Part shown: piece by piece, positions 1-8,891 of the stretch | Layout of the letters: the number at the start of each line of letters is the position of its first letter | How positions within the stretch are numbered: position 1 is the first letter of the stretch | NCBI GenBank assembly: GCA_018266735.1 | Contig: JAFDZT010000004.1 | Location: 156,094 to 220,093, forward strand | Reading direction: 5' to 3' | DNA: 64,000 bases | Source of the DNA: Bacteroidota bacterium | GTDB lineage: Bacteria; Bacteroidota; Ignavibacteria; Kapaibacteriales; Kapaibacteriaceae | Made by a program: the position numbers and the translations under genes | Notes under the pieces: model-generated | Seen by the model: only the letters and a program-made list of their open reading frames with translations | Database searches by the model: none | Told to the model about the DNA's origin: nothing

Positions 1-1895
1 CAACGCCAAAGGGCGGCAAGTACTCGGGCACGATCGATGGCTTTGTGTTGCGGTATGCATCGGACCTGAGTCACGTCCTCGCCGGTATGTACATCTCAGG
101 CTCTGCCGAAGACCGTCCGCTCAGCATTGCCTGCAATCAGCAAGGTAATGCCGTGATCTGCGGTCAAACCAACTCACCTTCTGGCTTCCCTACCGTTCCG
201 GGATTCCGCCGCACACCATTTGGCAAGTGGGATGGCTTTGTGATGAGCATCAATCGTACGGGCGTTGATGTGGAGAGCTTCACCTACGCTGGTGGTGTGA
301 GCGACGATGCGTTGACCACCATCACGTGCGACAGTGTGAACAACATGGTGGCTGCCGGATGGACCAGCTCCAACGATGTTGAGACCTTCCCAGTGAAGAC
401 GCTTGTGTGGATCGTCGACGATACAAAGTGTGAAGGCGGGTATTGGGGCGAGACCGGATCGAATGCCTTTGATGTGGACTACAATGGCGGAACCACGGAT
501 GTGCTCGTGACGAAGTATGCTTCTGATGGAACCTTGATCTTCACGAGTTACTTTGGCGGATCCGGTGAAGACCGGGCCAAGCGGATTCTCACACACAACG
601 ACGGTCGCGTGATGATCGTTGGTACCACACGTTCAAAGGACCTTCCCGTTACCACCTCCGAGGACACGTATGGCGGCAAGGCCGATGTGTTCGCAACGGC
701 AGTGAGTGCCGATGGAATTCGTGTGCGGACATCGGTGTACTTCGGTGGTGAAGGCGATGATGAAGCCGGAGATGCTACATGGGATGCCATGGGCAATCCG
801 ATCATCACGGGCACGACCACATCGTCCACCTTGCCGGTGGTGGGTGCCGGCGCGATCGCCGAGTCGAAGGGCAAGAACGACGGCTTCCTTTCTGTCGTGT
901 CGGCTACTGAGGTGCTCCTCTCGACCAAGTTCGGTTGGACGGGCGATGATATCCCAACAGCACTTGCGCGTAACGCCGATGGCGACTGTATCATTGCCGG
1001 CACGACGACGTCGGACTTCGGTGGCAACATCGTTGGTACTGGTACCGATGGCTTCGTCGCGAAGTGGGCCTTCGGCACGCTTGTGGTTCGCACACCGCTT
1101 GCCGGCGCCACGTTCTGTGCCGGAACGAATGCAAGCATAGCATGGGTCACGGACGGGATCGAGAAGAATGCAACGTTCAATGTGGACTTCTCAGCCGACG
1201 CCGGAACAACGTGGACCAATATGGCCGCAGGTCTGAAGGCCACCACGTACACGGCTCCGGTGCCCGCCGCAGCAGCGACCACGGGCAGTATCGTCTTCCG
1301 CGTTTCATCGTCGCACGGACATATGACAGCCTCACCGGCAACGTATGCAGTGAAGCCACTCACCACGATCGTCACACAACCAGTATCGGTGAGCGTCGAC
1401 TCCGGTGCCACTGTCACCTTGCAGACCGAGGCTACGGGCGAGGCTGTTACGTATCAGTGGCAATTCAACGGCGTCAACATCACAGGAGCAACGTCAGCCA
1501 CGTATGAGATGACGAATGTGAGCAAGGCCCAACAAGGTGCCTATCGCTGTGTGATCGGCTCTGCATGCGGCTCCGTGACGACGTCGGTGGCGACGGTCAC
1601 CGTGAAGGACGTGATCACTGTATCGGTTGCGTCTGATGAGCGCGCATTGCTTTCCACGACCGTGACGCCACAGCCGGCGCACGATGTTGTCCGCATTGCG
1701 ATGAACGCTCCCCTCACGAGCGCGGCCACGATCGTCATTCGTTCGATGAGCGGTGCAGAGGTGGCCCACGCCACGATCACACCGGCAACGTCGGCCATCG
1801 AACTTTCTGTAGCTTCGTTGGCCACGGGCGCCTATACCGTGACGATCATGAACGGAACCACGATCACGCATCGTATGCTCATGATCGGTCGGTAA
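1..1895 (+). CDS. Secreted SBBP beta-propeller-repeat / Ig-like protein with a T9SS C-terminal sorting domain; the 5' end lies outside the window
   Basis: The frame is open from base 3 (KYSGTIDGFVLRYASD precedes the listed M at 45). It has repeated SBBP-like FGG(S/E)G-D / TDV-VTKYASDG motifs and an Ig-like module (GAYRCVIGSACG). The C-terminal ~80 aa resemble Por_Secre_tail (TVTIMNGTTITHRMLMI). Confidence 0.6.
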   Translation, partial: TPKGGKYSGTIDGFVLRYASDLSHVLAGMYISGSAEDRPLSIACNQQGNAVICGQTNSPSGFPTVPGFRRTPFGKWDGFVMSINRTGVDVESFTYAGGVSDDALTTITCDSVNNMVAAGWTSSNDVETFPVKTLVWIVDDTKCEGGYWGETGSNAFDVDYNGGTTDVLVTKYASDGTLIFTSYFGGSGEDRAKRILTHNDGRVMIVGTTRSKDLPVTTSEDTYGGKADVFATAVSADGIRVRTSVYFGGEGDDEAGDATWDAMGNPIITGTTTSSTLPVVGAGAIAESKGKNDGFLSVVSATEVLLSTKFGWTGDDIPTALARNADGDCIIAGTTTSDFGGNIVGTGTDGFVAKWAFGTLVVRTPLAGATFCAGTNASIAWVTDGIEKNATFNVDFSADAGTTWTNMAAGLKATTYTAPVPAAAATTGSIVFRVSSSHGHMTASPATYAVKPLTTIVTQPVSVSVDSGATVTLQTEATGEAVTYQWQFNGVNITGATSATYEMTNVSKAQQGAYRCVIGSACGSVTTSVATVTVKDVITVSVASDERALLSTTVTPQPAHDVVRIAMNAPLTSAATIVIRSMSGAEVAHATITPATSAIELSVASLATGAYTVTIMNGTTITHRMLMIGR

Positions 1896-1920
1896 CTCCG
1901 AACACCTTAAACGTTTTCCC

Positions 1921-1953
1921 AACGGCGCCTCTCAAAGGCGCCGTTTTTGTTTC
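1921..1953 (+). terminator. Rho-independent terminator candidate after CDS 1
   Basis: Stem aacggcgcc(1921-1929), loop tctcaaa, stem ggcgccgtt(1937-1945), followed by tttgttt. Confidence 0.5.
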
Positions 1954-1970
1954 ACGACATCGCTCGCACC

Positions 1971-3236
1971 ATGAAGCCATTCCTCCTTCTTGCCTTCCTT
2001 GTCCTTTCTGTTGTGCATATCGATGCGCAGACATATGACTTCAGCAAGGTCGATCGCGTCCTCGAGGATTCGCTTGCCGTGCTTGGTGGTACGGCCGCGG
2101 AGGATGCGGGAGGAGTGACACTGCTGTTGTGGAAAGATGGCAAGCTCATCTATGAGCGGTCGTTGGCGCTGCCGGGAAAGACCATGTCGAAGACGCGTCT
2201 GCTGCCGATCGCCTCGGCCTCGAAGTGGATGTCGGGAACGTTGATCACCTCGATGCTCGAACAAGGGCAATTGCATTTGGACGATTCGGTTGGACAGTAC
2301 ATTCCCACGGCACCGGCGGACAAGCGCGGTATCACGCTGCGGCAGACGTTCTCGTTCACGTCAGGTCTGCGCGGCAACCTTGGCCCGATCACACCATGCG
2401 TGGAGGATGTGACCTCGACGCTCACGCTTGCCGAGTGTGTTGATTCCGTGTTACGTGGCCCTCTTGTCGTCCCTCCCGGCAGCATGATGAATTACGGGAG
2501 CGAAGGCATGCATGTTGGTGGACGCATGGCCGAAGTGGCAAGCGGTCTGCCTGTCGGCTCCGGCAGTTGTTGGGACACGTTGTTTCAACGTCATGTGGCG
2601 CGGCCACTTGGACTTGCACGTACATCGTGGGACATCAAGGGTCTCTACGACACGGACAATCCCAGGATCGATGGCGGTGTGTTCAGCACGGCGGAGGAGT
2701 ACCTGCTCCTCACGCGCATGATCTTGGGCAAGGGTGTTCTTAACGGAGAGCGCATCCTTGCTGAGGCATGGGTAGACTCAATGCTTGCAGATCAGACGCG
2801 GGGCGCTCTGATCGGATACACCCCCTATCTCGGAATGGAGTATGCTTTTCCGGGCATCAAGAACACGCGGTATGGGATCGGTGTGTGGCGAGAGCGGATC
2901 GACACGACAACAGGCGCTGCGCTTGAAGTGGCCTCGCAGGGGAGATTCGGATGGAGTCCGTGGGTGGACTTCGAGCGACAGTATTGCGGCGTGCTTGCCA
3001 TCAAGTCGAACAGCGTTGTATCGATCTATCCCACCTACATGTTGATCAAGCAATACATCCGCGAAGCGCTCGATGCCGTCACGTCCGTCGCGAACGATAT
3101 GTCCGATCGCTTACCGTGGCGCGTTGTTGGCGTGTACGACGTACTGGGGCGGGCCGTAGAGCCGGGCATCGGCGGACCGCATCTTATCGTCGAGACGAAC
3201 GGACGACTCACGCGCACAACGCTCACAATACCGTAA
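1971..3236 (+). CDS. Secreted serine hydrolase of the beta-lactamase-related (class C/PBP-like) family with a T9SS C-terminal domain
   Basis: An N-terminal signal peptide (MKPFLLLAFLVLSVVHIDAQ) begins at the ATG at 1971. The S-x-x-K active-site motif is present (PIASASKWMSGT). The C-terminus is T9SS-CTD-like (VVGVYDVLGRAV...GPHLIVETNGRLTRTTLTIP). Confidence 0.65.
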   Translation: MKPFLLLAFLVLSVVHIDAQTYDFSKVDRVLEDSLAVLGGTAAEDAGGVTLLLWKDGKLIYERSLALPGKTMSKTRLLPIASASKWMSGTLITSMLEQGQLHLDDSVGQYIPTAPADKRGITLRQTFSFTSGLRGNLGPITPCVEDVTSTLTLAECVDSVLRGPLVVPPGSMMNYGSEGMHVGGRMAEVASGLPVGSGSCWDTLFQRHVARPLGLARTSWDIKGLYDTDNPRIDGGVFSTAEEYLLLTRMILGKGVLNGERILAEAWVDSMLADQTRGALIGYTPYLGMEYAFPGIKNTRYGIGVWRERIDTTTGAALEVASQGRFGWSPWVDFERQYCGVLAIKSNSVVSIYPTYMLIKQYIREALDAVTSVANDMSDRLPWRVVGVYDVLGRAVEPGIGGPHLIVETNGRLTRTTLTIP

Positions 3237-3237
3237 C

Positions 3238-3284
3238 CCTCCCGGCAGCTGCCGGGCAATTGCCGGGCAACTGCCGGGCAGCAG
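3238..3284. repeat. REP-like array: CCCGGCAG + 3x (C/T)TGCCGGGCA units
   Basis: The tandem 10-11-nt units are directly visible (cccggcagctgccgggcaattgccgggcaactgccgggcag). The same unit family recurs at 3945-3988 and 4596-4652. Confidence 0.8.
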
Positions 3285-3287
3285 GTT

Positions 3288-3881
3288 TCAAAGGATGTAC
3301 ATTTCTACAAGATCTTGCGCGAGTTTCTCATCCAGATCAGTACTTGGTTGCTCCTGGAGCATCACAAAGGCTTCGTACTCATCCCGTCCGCCAAAAGAGG
3401 TCACGATCGCTTGATGATCCCCAGACAAGAACGACCGTGACCCGATCACTTCTGCGTAGTTCGAATACTTCCATTTCAGGGGGTGATCGACCAGCCCGGC
3501 CTTGACAGGATTTCGATGGACGTATCTGCACAGGGTCTTGAAATAGGCATCATCTCTCACGTGTCGGATCTGATATCTGCCTTCGTAGATCGTTCCTGTC
3601 CGCCGAAGGAGTTCATTCTGCTTGCGGGAGAACACGCCGCATAGCATTTGCATGAACATATCCAGTTGCCCTTCCTCGTCCACTCGGACCACAAGGTGAA
3701 AGTGATTTGGCATCAGGCAGATCGCGATCAGAGATATCCTGTACTTCTTCGCATACTTCGTAGCAAGCTTCAAGAACAGGATGTATGAATCCGGCGAATG
3801 GTACAGCGTCATCTTGCATGCGCCGCGGTTATAGACATGGTAGTACTCTCCTTGGGCCGGAGTAAGGCTGCGGGGTGGCAT
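3288..3881 (-). CDS. REP-associated tyrosine transposase (RAYT; IS200/IS605-like Y1 HUH transposase)
   Basis: The 197-aa ORF has the HUH motif (MPNHFHLVVR) and downstream conserved residues typical of TnpA_REP (GRYQIRHVRDDAYF...YVHRNPVKAGLV). It is flanked on both sides by GCCGGGCA arrays. Its GC content is visibly lower than the neighbouring genes. Confidence 0.8.
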   Translation of the reverse strand: MPPRSLTPAQGEYYHVYNRGACKMTLYHSPDSYILFLKLATKYAKKYRISLIAICLMPNHFHLVVRVDEEGQLDMFMQMLCGVFSRKQNELLRRTGTIYEGRYQIRHVRDDAYFKTLCRYVHRNPVKAGLVDHPLKWKYSNYAEVIGSRSFLSGDHQAIVTSFGGRDEYEAFVMLQEQPSTDLDEKLAQDLVEMYIL

Positions 3882-3944
3882 TTGTAGGTCCTTACAGTAT
3901 GGTGTATCGACCTAGTGCATCTGCCCCCCGAAACCGTGACAAGC

Positions 3945-3988
3945 CTCCCGGCAGTTGCCCGGCAGCTGCCGGGCAACTGCCGGGAAGG
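3945..3988. repeat. REP-like array (second copy)
   Basis: cctcccggcagttgcccggcagctgccgggcaactgccgggaagg; it contains both orientations of the unit (CTGCCGGG / CCCGGCAG). Confidence 0.8.
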
Positions 3989-4046
3989 AAGCGAATGCGT
4001 AACATTGTGGTCACGCCGTTGTTACTACGCCATGGAACCACTTCGC

Positions 4047-4595
4047 ATGAAACGCCTTTTTGTTGCCATTCCCCTTCCTCATGATGTTGCCGACGATGTT
4101 GCTACGCTTTGCAGTGGGCTCTTACGGGCACTCTGGGTAGAACCGGAGCACTTTCATATCACGTTGCGATTCTTGGGTGACCTTGATGCCGACGAGCAGA
4201 TGCTCGTCCGCGACTCCCTGGCATCTCTTTCGGCGGCTCCGTTTGATATCACGTTGCGTGGTGTCGGGACGTTCCCACCTCTCGACCCGACGACCGTCCC
4301 TTCCGTCCTCTGGGTAGGCATGGACGAATCGGCCCCGCTTCGCGAGCTGCAATCACGTGTCGAGGATGCCGTGCAAGAAGCGGGGATCCCCATGGAACTC
4401 CGACCATTCCATGCCCATGTTACGGTGGCTCGGTTCAAGTCCGATCCGGGTCCCGACCTCTCTGCCTGGATGTGGATGCGCTCATCGTACGCATCACGGC
4501 CGATCCGCGTCGAAGAGTTCCACCTGATCGAGAGCTTCCTCACGAACGACGGCCCCATCTACACGCATGTTGAGACGTTCAAGCTTGACGCCTAG
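4047..4595 (+). CDS. thpR: RNA 2',3'-cyclic phosphodiesterase (2H phosphoesterase, ThpR/LigT family)
   Basis: Two H-x-T-x motifs are present (HFHITLRFLG and HAHVTVARF) in a ~183-aa protein. The likely start is MKRLFVAIPLP at 4047; the listed ORF start at 3915 runs through the REP array. Confidence 0.8.
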   Translation: MKRLFVAIPLPHDVADDVATLCSGLLRALWVEPEHFHITLRFLGDLDADEQMLVRDSLASLSAAPFDITLRGVGTFPPLDPTTVPSVLWVGMDESAPLRELQSRVEDAVQEAGIPMELRPFHAHVTVARFKSDPGPDLSAWMWMRSSYASRPIRVEEFHLIESFLTNDGPIYTHVETFKLDA

Positions 4596-4652
4596 CACAT
4601 GCCGGGAAGTTGCCCGGCACATGCCGGGCACATGCCGGGCACATGCCGGGAG
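4596..4652. repeat. REP-like array (third copy; 4x CACATGCCGGGCA-type units)
   Basis: cacatgccgggaagttgcccggcacatgccgggcacatgccgggcacatgccgggaggg lies immediately after the thpR stop. Confidence 0.8.
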
Positions 4653-4658
4653 GGAGCA

Positions 4659-5057
4659 TTATTGCACGTGACTAGGGTCCATGTAGAAGTAGTCCCAGTA
4701 GTGCCCATCGAGATCGAGGAATCCCTGACCGTACATGAAGCCCATGTCTTGTGGCGGACGTGGCGTTGTTGCACCGGCAGCTACAGCGCGCGCAATGATG
4801 GCATCCACCTCTTCACGACTCTCGCAACTGAAGGCATTCATCACTTCAAGATGCGTTGAGGTATCGGTGATCTCCCTGTCCGTGAATGTCTTGAAGAACG
4901 GCTCTACCAGCAGCATGGCATAGATCGTGTCACTGATGATCATGCATGCTGCATTCTCATCCGTGAATTGCGGATTGAAGGTATAGCCCACCTTTGTGAA
5001 GAAGTCCATAGATCGCTTGAGATCCTTGACGGCAAGGTTGACGAAGATCATGGTCAT
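4659..5057 (-). CDS. VOC (glyoxalase/bleomycin-resistance/dioxygenase) family protein
   Basis: The 132-aa N-terminus (MTMIFVNLAVKDLKRSMDFFTKVGYTF) is typical of VOC/glyoxalase-fold proteins. Confidence 0.7.
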   Translation of the reverse strand: MTMIFVNLAVKDLKRSMDFFTKVGYTFNPQFTDENAACMIISDTIYAMLLVEPFFKTFTDREITDTSTHLEVMNAFSCESREEVDAIIARAVAAGATTPRPPQDMGFMYGQGFLDLDGHYWDYFYMDPSHVQ

Positions 5058-5066
5058 GATGCACCC

Positions 5067-5996
5067 TTATTGAAGTGTTGCGAGATACTGTTCGAAGACG
5101 TCGTACATACCGTTCGTGCCAACGGTCATTCCACTCTTCGCAGCGGCGAAGACGGCCATCTCTTCAGCTGTTGCATTCACGGGTATGGTATCGATGGAGA
5201 TGGTCGTCACACCTTCATGCTCCGTGAGCGTGGCAACGCTTAACACATGGAGCGGCCACGTTGCTGAAAGTGGGTGTCGTGTGATACCGCCATCAGCATC
5301 GGAGAAGTTTACAATGAACACCAGCCTGCGCGGCGGCACGATCTCACGATAACGAAGCATGCCCCACATCTCTGTTCCATCGGGTGCTGCCATGCCGTAA
5401 TGATATGTGCCACCCGGACGGAGATCGAGTGCGCTTTTGAGCATGGTCATGCCCTTTGGTCCCCACCACTGTCGCATATGCTCTTCCGTTGTCAGTGCCT
5501 TCCATACAAGGTCGCGCGGTGCCTTGAAGGTTCGCTCATACGTGAAGACAGTATCGGCGGACGCGAGATACTCGTCGAGACGCGACAGTGTTTGGTTGCC
5601 ACCTTCAACCGCGCCCATCTCGAGTTTCTCTTGGTACTGCTCAGCGGTTGCGAAGAACGTGCGCAGTGTTACCAGTGTTCCACCATCGACGGCATCGAAG
5701 GTGATCACTACGTTGAATCGCGAAGGATCCGCGTCGACGTCACGTCCATGATGATAGGCCAGGCGCGCCGCTGGCACAACTTCCGTATAGTCGATGCGAT
5801 TGTCCCAGTCCTTTCCGTCGGGTCCGTGCATGATGAACCGCCACCGACCTCCTACGCGCAGATCGTGTTCGAGCGTGCTGGTGGTAAAGCCTCGCGGCCC
5901 CCACCAGAGGGAGATGTGGGCCGGGTCCGTGAATGCATCGGACACCCGCTCGGGCGCAGCGTTCACGTGGCGTGCGATCACAATGGAGTTGTCCAT
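5067..5996 (-). CDS. SRPBCC-fold protein with two tandem AHSA1-like (activator of Hsp90 ATPase homolog) domains
   Basis: Two repeated modules each contain ...W(W)GP(R/K)G(F/M)T... The start MDNSIVIARHV at 5996 overlaps the arsR stop (TAATG). Confidence 0.7.
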   Translation of the reverse strand: MDNSIVIARHVNAAPERVSDAFTDPAHISLWWGPRGFTTSTLEHDLRVGGRWRFIMHGPDGKDWDNRIDYTEVVPAARLAYHHGRDVDADPSRFNVVITFDAVDGGTLVTLRTFFATAEQYQEKLEMGAVEGGNQTLSRLDEYLASADTVFTYERTFKAPRDLVWKALTTEEHMRQWWGPKGMTMLKSALDLRPGGTYHYGMAAPDGTEMWGMLRYREIVPPRRLVFIVNFSDADGGITRHPLSATWPLHVLSVATLTEHEGVTTISIDTIPVNATAEEMAVFAAAKSGMTVGTNGMYDVFEQYLATLQ

Positions 5997-6382
5997 TACT
6001 TCTTTCCTTTCTTGGTCTTCTTTTGAGAGGGTTGCGGTTGATGAGGGTCGGGTTGCAGGGTGGCAAGGTAGTTCTCGAGTCGATCGAATCGTTCTTCCCA
6101 GAACTGCCGATAATGCTCCACCCATTCAGCAGCATGCTGAAGTGGTTCGGCCTCGAGCTTACAGGGTCGCCACTGCGCCTCGCGCGAACGCGAGATCAGA
6201 CCGGCCCGCTCGAGGACCTTCAGGTGTTTTGTAATGGCGGGTAACGACATGTCGAACGGTTCGGCCAGGTCGGTCACCGACGTCTCTCCGCTCGAGAGTC
6301 GCGCAAGAATGGCTCTGCGCGTGGGATCGGCCAGGGCCGAGAACGTCAGGCTCAGTCGGTCGGGATGTGGTGCTGCGTACAT
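5996..6382 (-). CDS. ArsR/SmtB-family metalloregulator-type transcriptional repressor
   Basis: A winged-HTH is present (LADPTRRAILARLSSGETSVTDLAEPFDMSLPAITKHLKVLERAGLI). It is first in the operon with the SRPBCC and VOC genes. Confidence 0.85.
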   Translation of the reverse strand: MYAAPHPDRLSLTFSALADPTRRAILARLSSGETSVTDLAEPFDMSLPAITKHLKVLERAGLISRSREAQWRPCKLEAEPLQHAAEWVEHYRQFWEERFDRLENYLATLQPDPHQPQPSQKKTKKGKK

Positions 6383-6395
6383 GGACGCAACTTAA

Positions 6396-6411
6396 TTAAC
6401 CGTTTGGTTAA
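6396..6411. promoter_or_regulatory. Inverted repeat TTAACC-N4-GGTTAA 14-29 nt upstream of arsR; candidate operator
   Basis: ttaaccgtttggttaa is seen directly in the 37-nt gap between the GNAT stop and the arsR start. Confidence 0.3.
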
Positions 6412-6419
6412 ATACAAAT

Positions 6420-6938
6420 CTACACTGACAACAGGTACCGTTTCTCGTGGAGGATCGTCCCAAATGCAGATTCCTCCTTCGTCGCTCCATCGGTACGGCA
6501 GCCCATGCGTTCATAGAATGCCGTTGCGCGCTCATTACCAATGAGCACCCAAACACTCAAGTGCGTACGACCAGACTCGCGTTCGTGACGTACGACTGCG
6601 TCCCACAACATCGCACCGTATCCTCGCGACCACACGCTCGGTAACAGGTAGAGGGCATAGACCTCGCACGTTCCCGGCTGCGCGTCTGCATCGCGGGATG
6701 GACCGAATGAGACAAAGCCGACGATGACGTCAGCTTCTTTCACGACAAGGACGGTCGTCCTCCCATGTTCGAATGTCCGCTGCCACTGCGCCGTGCGCGC
6801 ATCCACATTCAATGAGGCAAGAACATCGGCATCGATCAGGCCACGATACGCTTCGCGCCACGATGCCGTATGCACAAGGGCGATCGCCGCCGAATCGTCA
6901 GCCGTTGCCGGTGTGATATGTGCGTGCATATCCATCAT
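6420..6938 (-). CDS. GNAT-family N-acetyltransferase
   Basis: 172 aa; an acetyl-CoA-binding-like segment (LLPSVWSRGYGAMLWDAVV) and a GNAT-like fold pattern are present. Confidence 0.7.
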   Translation of the reverse strand: MMDMHAHITPATADDSAAIALVHTASWREAYRGLIDADVLASLNVDARTAQWQRTFEHGRTTVLVVKEADVIVGFVSFGPSRDADAQPGTCEVYALYLLPSVWSRGYGAMLWDAVVRHERESGRTHLSVWVLIGNERATAFYERMGCRTDGATKEESAFGTILHEKRYLLSV

Positions 6939-7008
6939 TCTGTATTCTTGATTCTCTCATTGCATTCTGTATTCTGTATTCTGTATTGTGTATTCCCTTC
7001 CGATCTCT

Positions 7009-8748
7009 TCATCGCTCTCCGATCTGCTGCCTCCACATCGCATAGTACAATCCACGCTCGGCAAGCAAGGCTTCGTGTGTTCCTTGTTCGATGATGGCGC
7101 CCTTTTCGAGGACGTAGATCTGATCGGCGTGCATGATGGTCGACAAGCGGTGCGCGATCATGATGGTCATGTGGTCTTTGCGTTCTGAGATGGCGCGAAT
7201 GGTCGTCGTGATCTCCTCTTCCGTGATGGAGTCCAGCGCCGATGTGGCCTCGTCGAAGATGAGCACGTCGGGCTGACGGAGCAGCGCCCGTGCGATGGAC
7301 AACCGTTGACGCTCGCCCCCTGACACCTTCACCCCTCCCTCGCCGATCACGGAATCGAGTCCCTTCTCTGCCCGTGCCAACAACGAATCGCAAGCCGCCT
7401 TGCGCAGCACGTCGAGACATTCCTCGTCGGTGGCATTGGGCGCCACAAAGAGCAGATTGTCGCGAATGGTGCCCGAGAAGAGTTGCGTGTCCTGCGTGAC
7501 GAAACCGATGAGCTTGCGCACGTCATCGAAGTCGAGTTCATCGGCATTGATGTTGTTGTAGGCCAACGTGCCCTCATCGGGTTTGTACAAGCCAACAAGC
7601 AGCTTGACAAGCGTGGTCTTGCCGGAGCCTGACGGCCCAACAAACGCCACCGTCTCTTTGGTGGCCACGTGCACGGAGACGTTGTCGAGTGCATTGTACT
7701 GGGCGCTCTTGTGTCGGAACGACACGTTCTTGAGCACGATATCGCGAATGGTCGAGATCGTCGTTGGCTGTGCGGGCTTCACTTCCTTCGGCATGGAGAG
7801 AATACGATCGAGATTGTCGAGCGATGCCTCTGCCTCGCGATACACGCTGATGATGCTTCCGAGTTCTTGCAGCGGACCGAACAGGAAGAACGAATACACG
7901 AAGAGCGAGAACATGGCGCCGATGGTGATCGTGTCGTTATACACAAGGTACAGCATCACGAACAGGATGGCCGTGCGCATGAAGTTCACAATGGTGCCTT
8001 GAATGAAGCTCAGCGAGCGCACGAAGCGCACCTTCTTGAGCTCTAGACCGAGGATCTTCATCGTCACGGTGTTCAGGCGGGCGATCTCCTGATCTGCAAG
8101 GCCCATGGACTTCACAAGCTCGATGTTGCGCAACGACTCCGTGGTCGACCCGCTCAAGGCCGTCGTCTCAGCCACGATCACCTTCTGCATCTTCTTGATG
8201 CGCTTGCTCAACACATTGCTGACGATGCCAATAAGGGCGACGCCTGTGAAGTACAACACCACGATGATCCAATGCACGGAGAAGGCATAGAAGACCACGA
8301 AGATGATGCCCACAAGCGTGGTGAAGAGCACGTTCACCGATGCGCCGATCACGCGCTCCACATCGGCACGCGCCTTCTGCAGAATGCCGAGCGTCTCGCC
8401 ACTACGTTGGTCTTCGAACACCTGATAGGGCAATTGCAGCGAGTGCTTCAGACCATCCGTATAGATGGCCGCACCCACCTTCTGCACCATGTAGTTGATG
8501 AAGTAGTCCTGAAAGTTCTTTGCTGTGCGCGACACGCCGGCCGCACCCACGGCCATGGCAAGGAAGATCAGCACCTTCTGCAGGAACAGATCGCTTGCCA
8601 GTTTGGGCTTGGCAAGGATGACCGTGTCGATCGTGTACCGAAAGATCAGCGGATCAAGGAGGGAGAACAGCTGGTTGATGGCGGCAAGGAACAAGGTCAG
8701 GACGACCATGTTCTTATGTCGCTTCAGATAGGAGAGGAGGAGGCGCAT
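7009..8748 (-). CDS. ABC transporter, fused permease/ATP-binding protein (MsbA-like type I exporter)
   Basis: An N-terminal 6-TM domain is followed by Walker A (GPSGSGKTT), the ABC signature (LSGGERQRLSIARAL) and Walker B (ILIFDEATSALD). Confidence 0.85.
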   Translation of the reverse strand: MRLLLSYLKRHKNMVVLTLFLAAINQLFSLLDPLIFRYTIDTVILAKPKLASDLFLQKVLIFLAMAVGAAGVSRTAKNFQDYFINYMVQKVGAAIYTDGLKHSLQLPYQVFEDQRSGETLGILQKARADVERVIGASVNVLFTTLVGIIFVVFYAFSVHWIIVVLYFTGVALIGIVSNVLSKRIKKMQKVIVAETTALSGSTTESLRNIELVKSMGLADQEIARLNTVTMKILGLELKKVRFVRSLSFIQGTIVNFMRTAILFVMLYLVYNDTITIGAMFSLFVYSFFLFGPLQELGSIISVYREAEASLDNLDRILSMPKEVKPAQPTTISTIRDIVLKNVSFRHKSAQYNALDNVSVHVATKETVAFVGPSGSGKTTLVKLLVGLYKPDEGTLAYNNINADELDFDDVRKLIGFVTQDTQLFSGTIRDNLLFVAPNATDEECLDVLRKAACDSLLARAEKGLDSVIGEGGVKVSGGERQRLSIARALLRQPDVLIFDEATSALDSITEEEITTTIRAISERKDHMTIMIAHRLSTIMHADQIYVLEKGAIIEQGTHEALLAERGLYYAMWRQQIGER

Positions 8749-8891
8749 GGCAACGAAAGTACGGCAACTCTCCCTTGATGCTCACCGCCCCCCCTGCCGG
8801 ATCGAGCGGTCACCCCTCCCAGCAACGCCCGGAATGCGTATTTTGGCGGCCGTTCGCAGTTTTTCCCTTTTTTCAGAACGCATAGACTTTT

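Noticed and set aside
548-1417. 289-aa minus-strand ORF (and 706..1140 / 1064..1507 plus-frame ORFs) inside the first gene
   Set aside because: It is antisense or out-of-frame to a well-supported SBBP/Ig/T9SS gene. The high GC content suppresses stop codons, and there are no motifs.
3238-4652. Possibility that the GCCGGGCA arrays, the 12-nt repeats (12058-12141) or the heptamers (43731-43765) are CRISPR arrays
   Set aside because: The units are 7-13 nt, directly abutting with no unique spacers, and there are no cas genes. The GCCGGGCA arrays are explained as REP elements and the others as simple tandem repeats.
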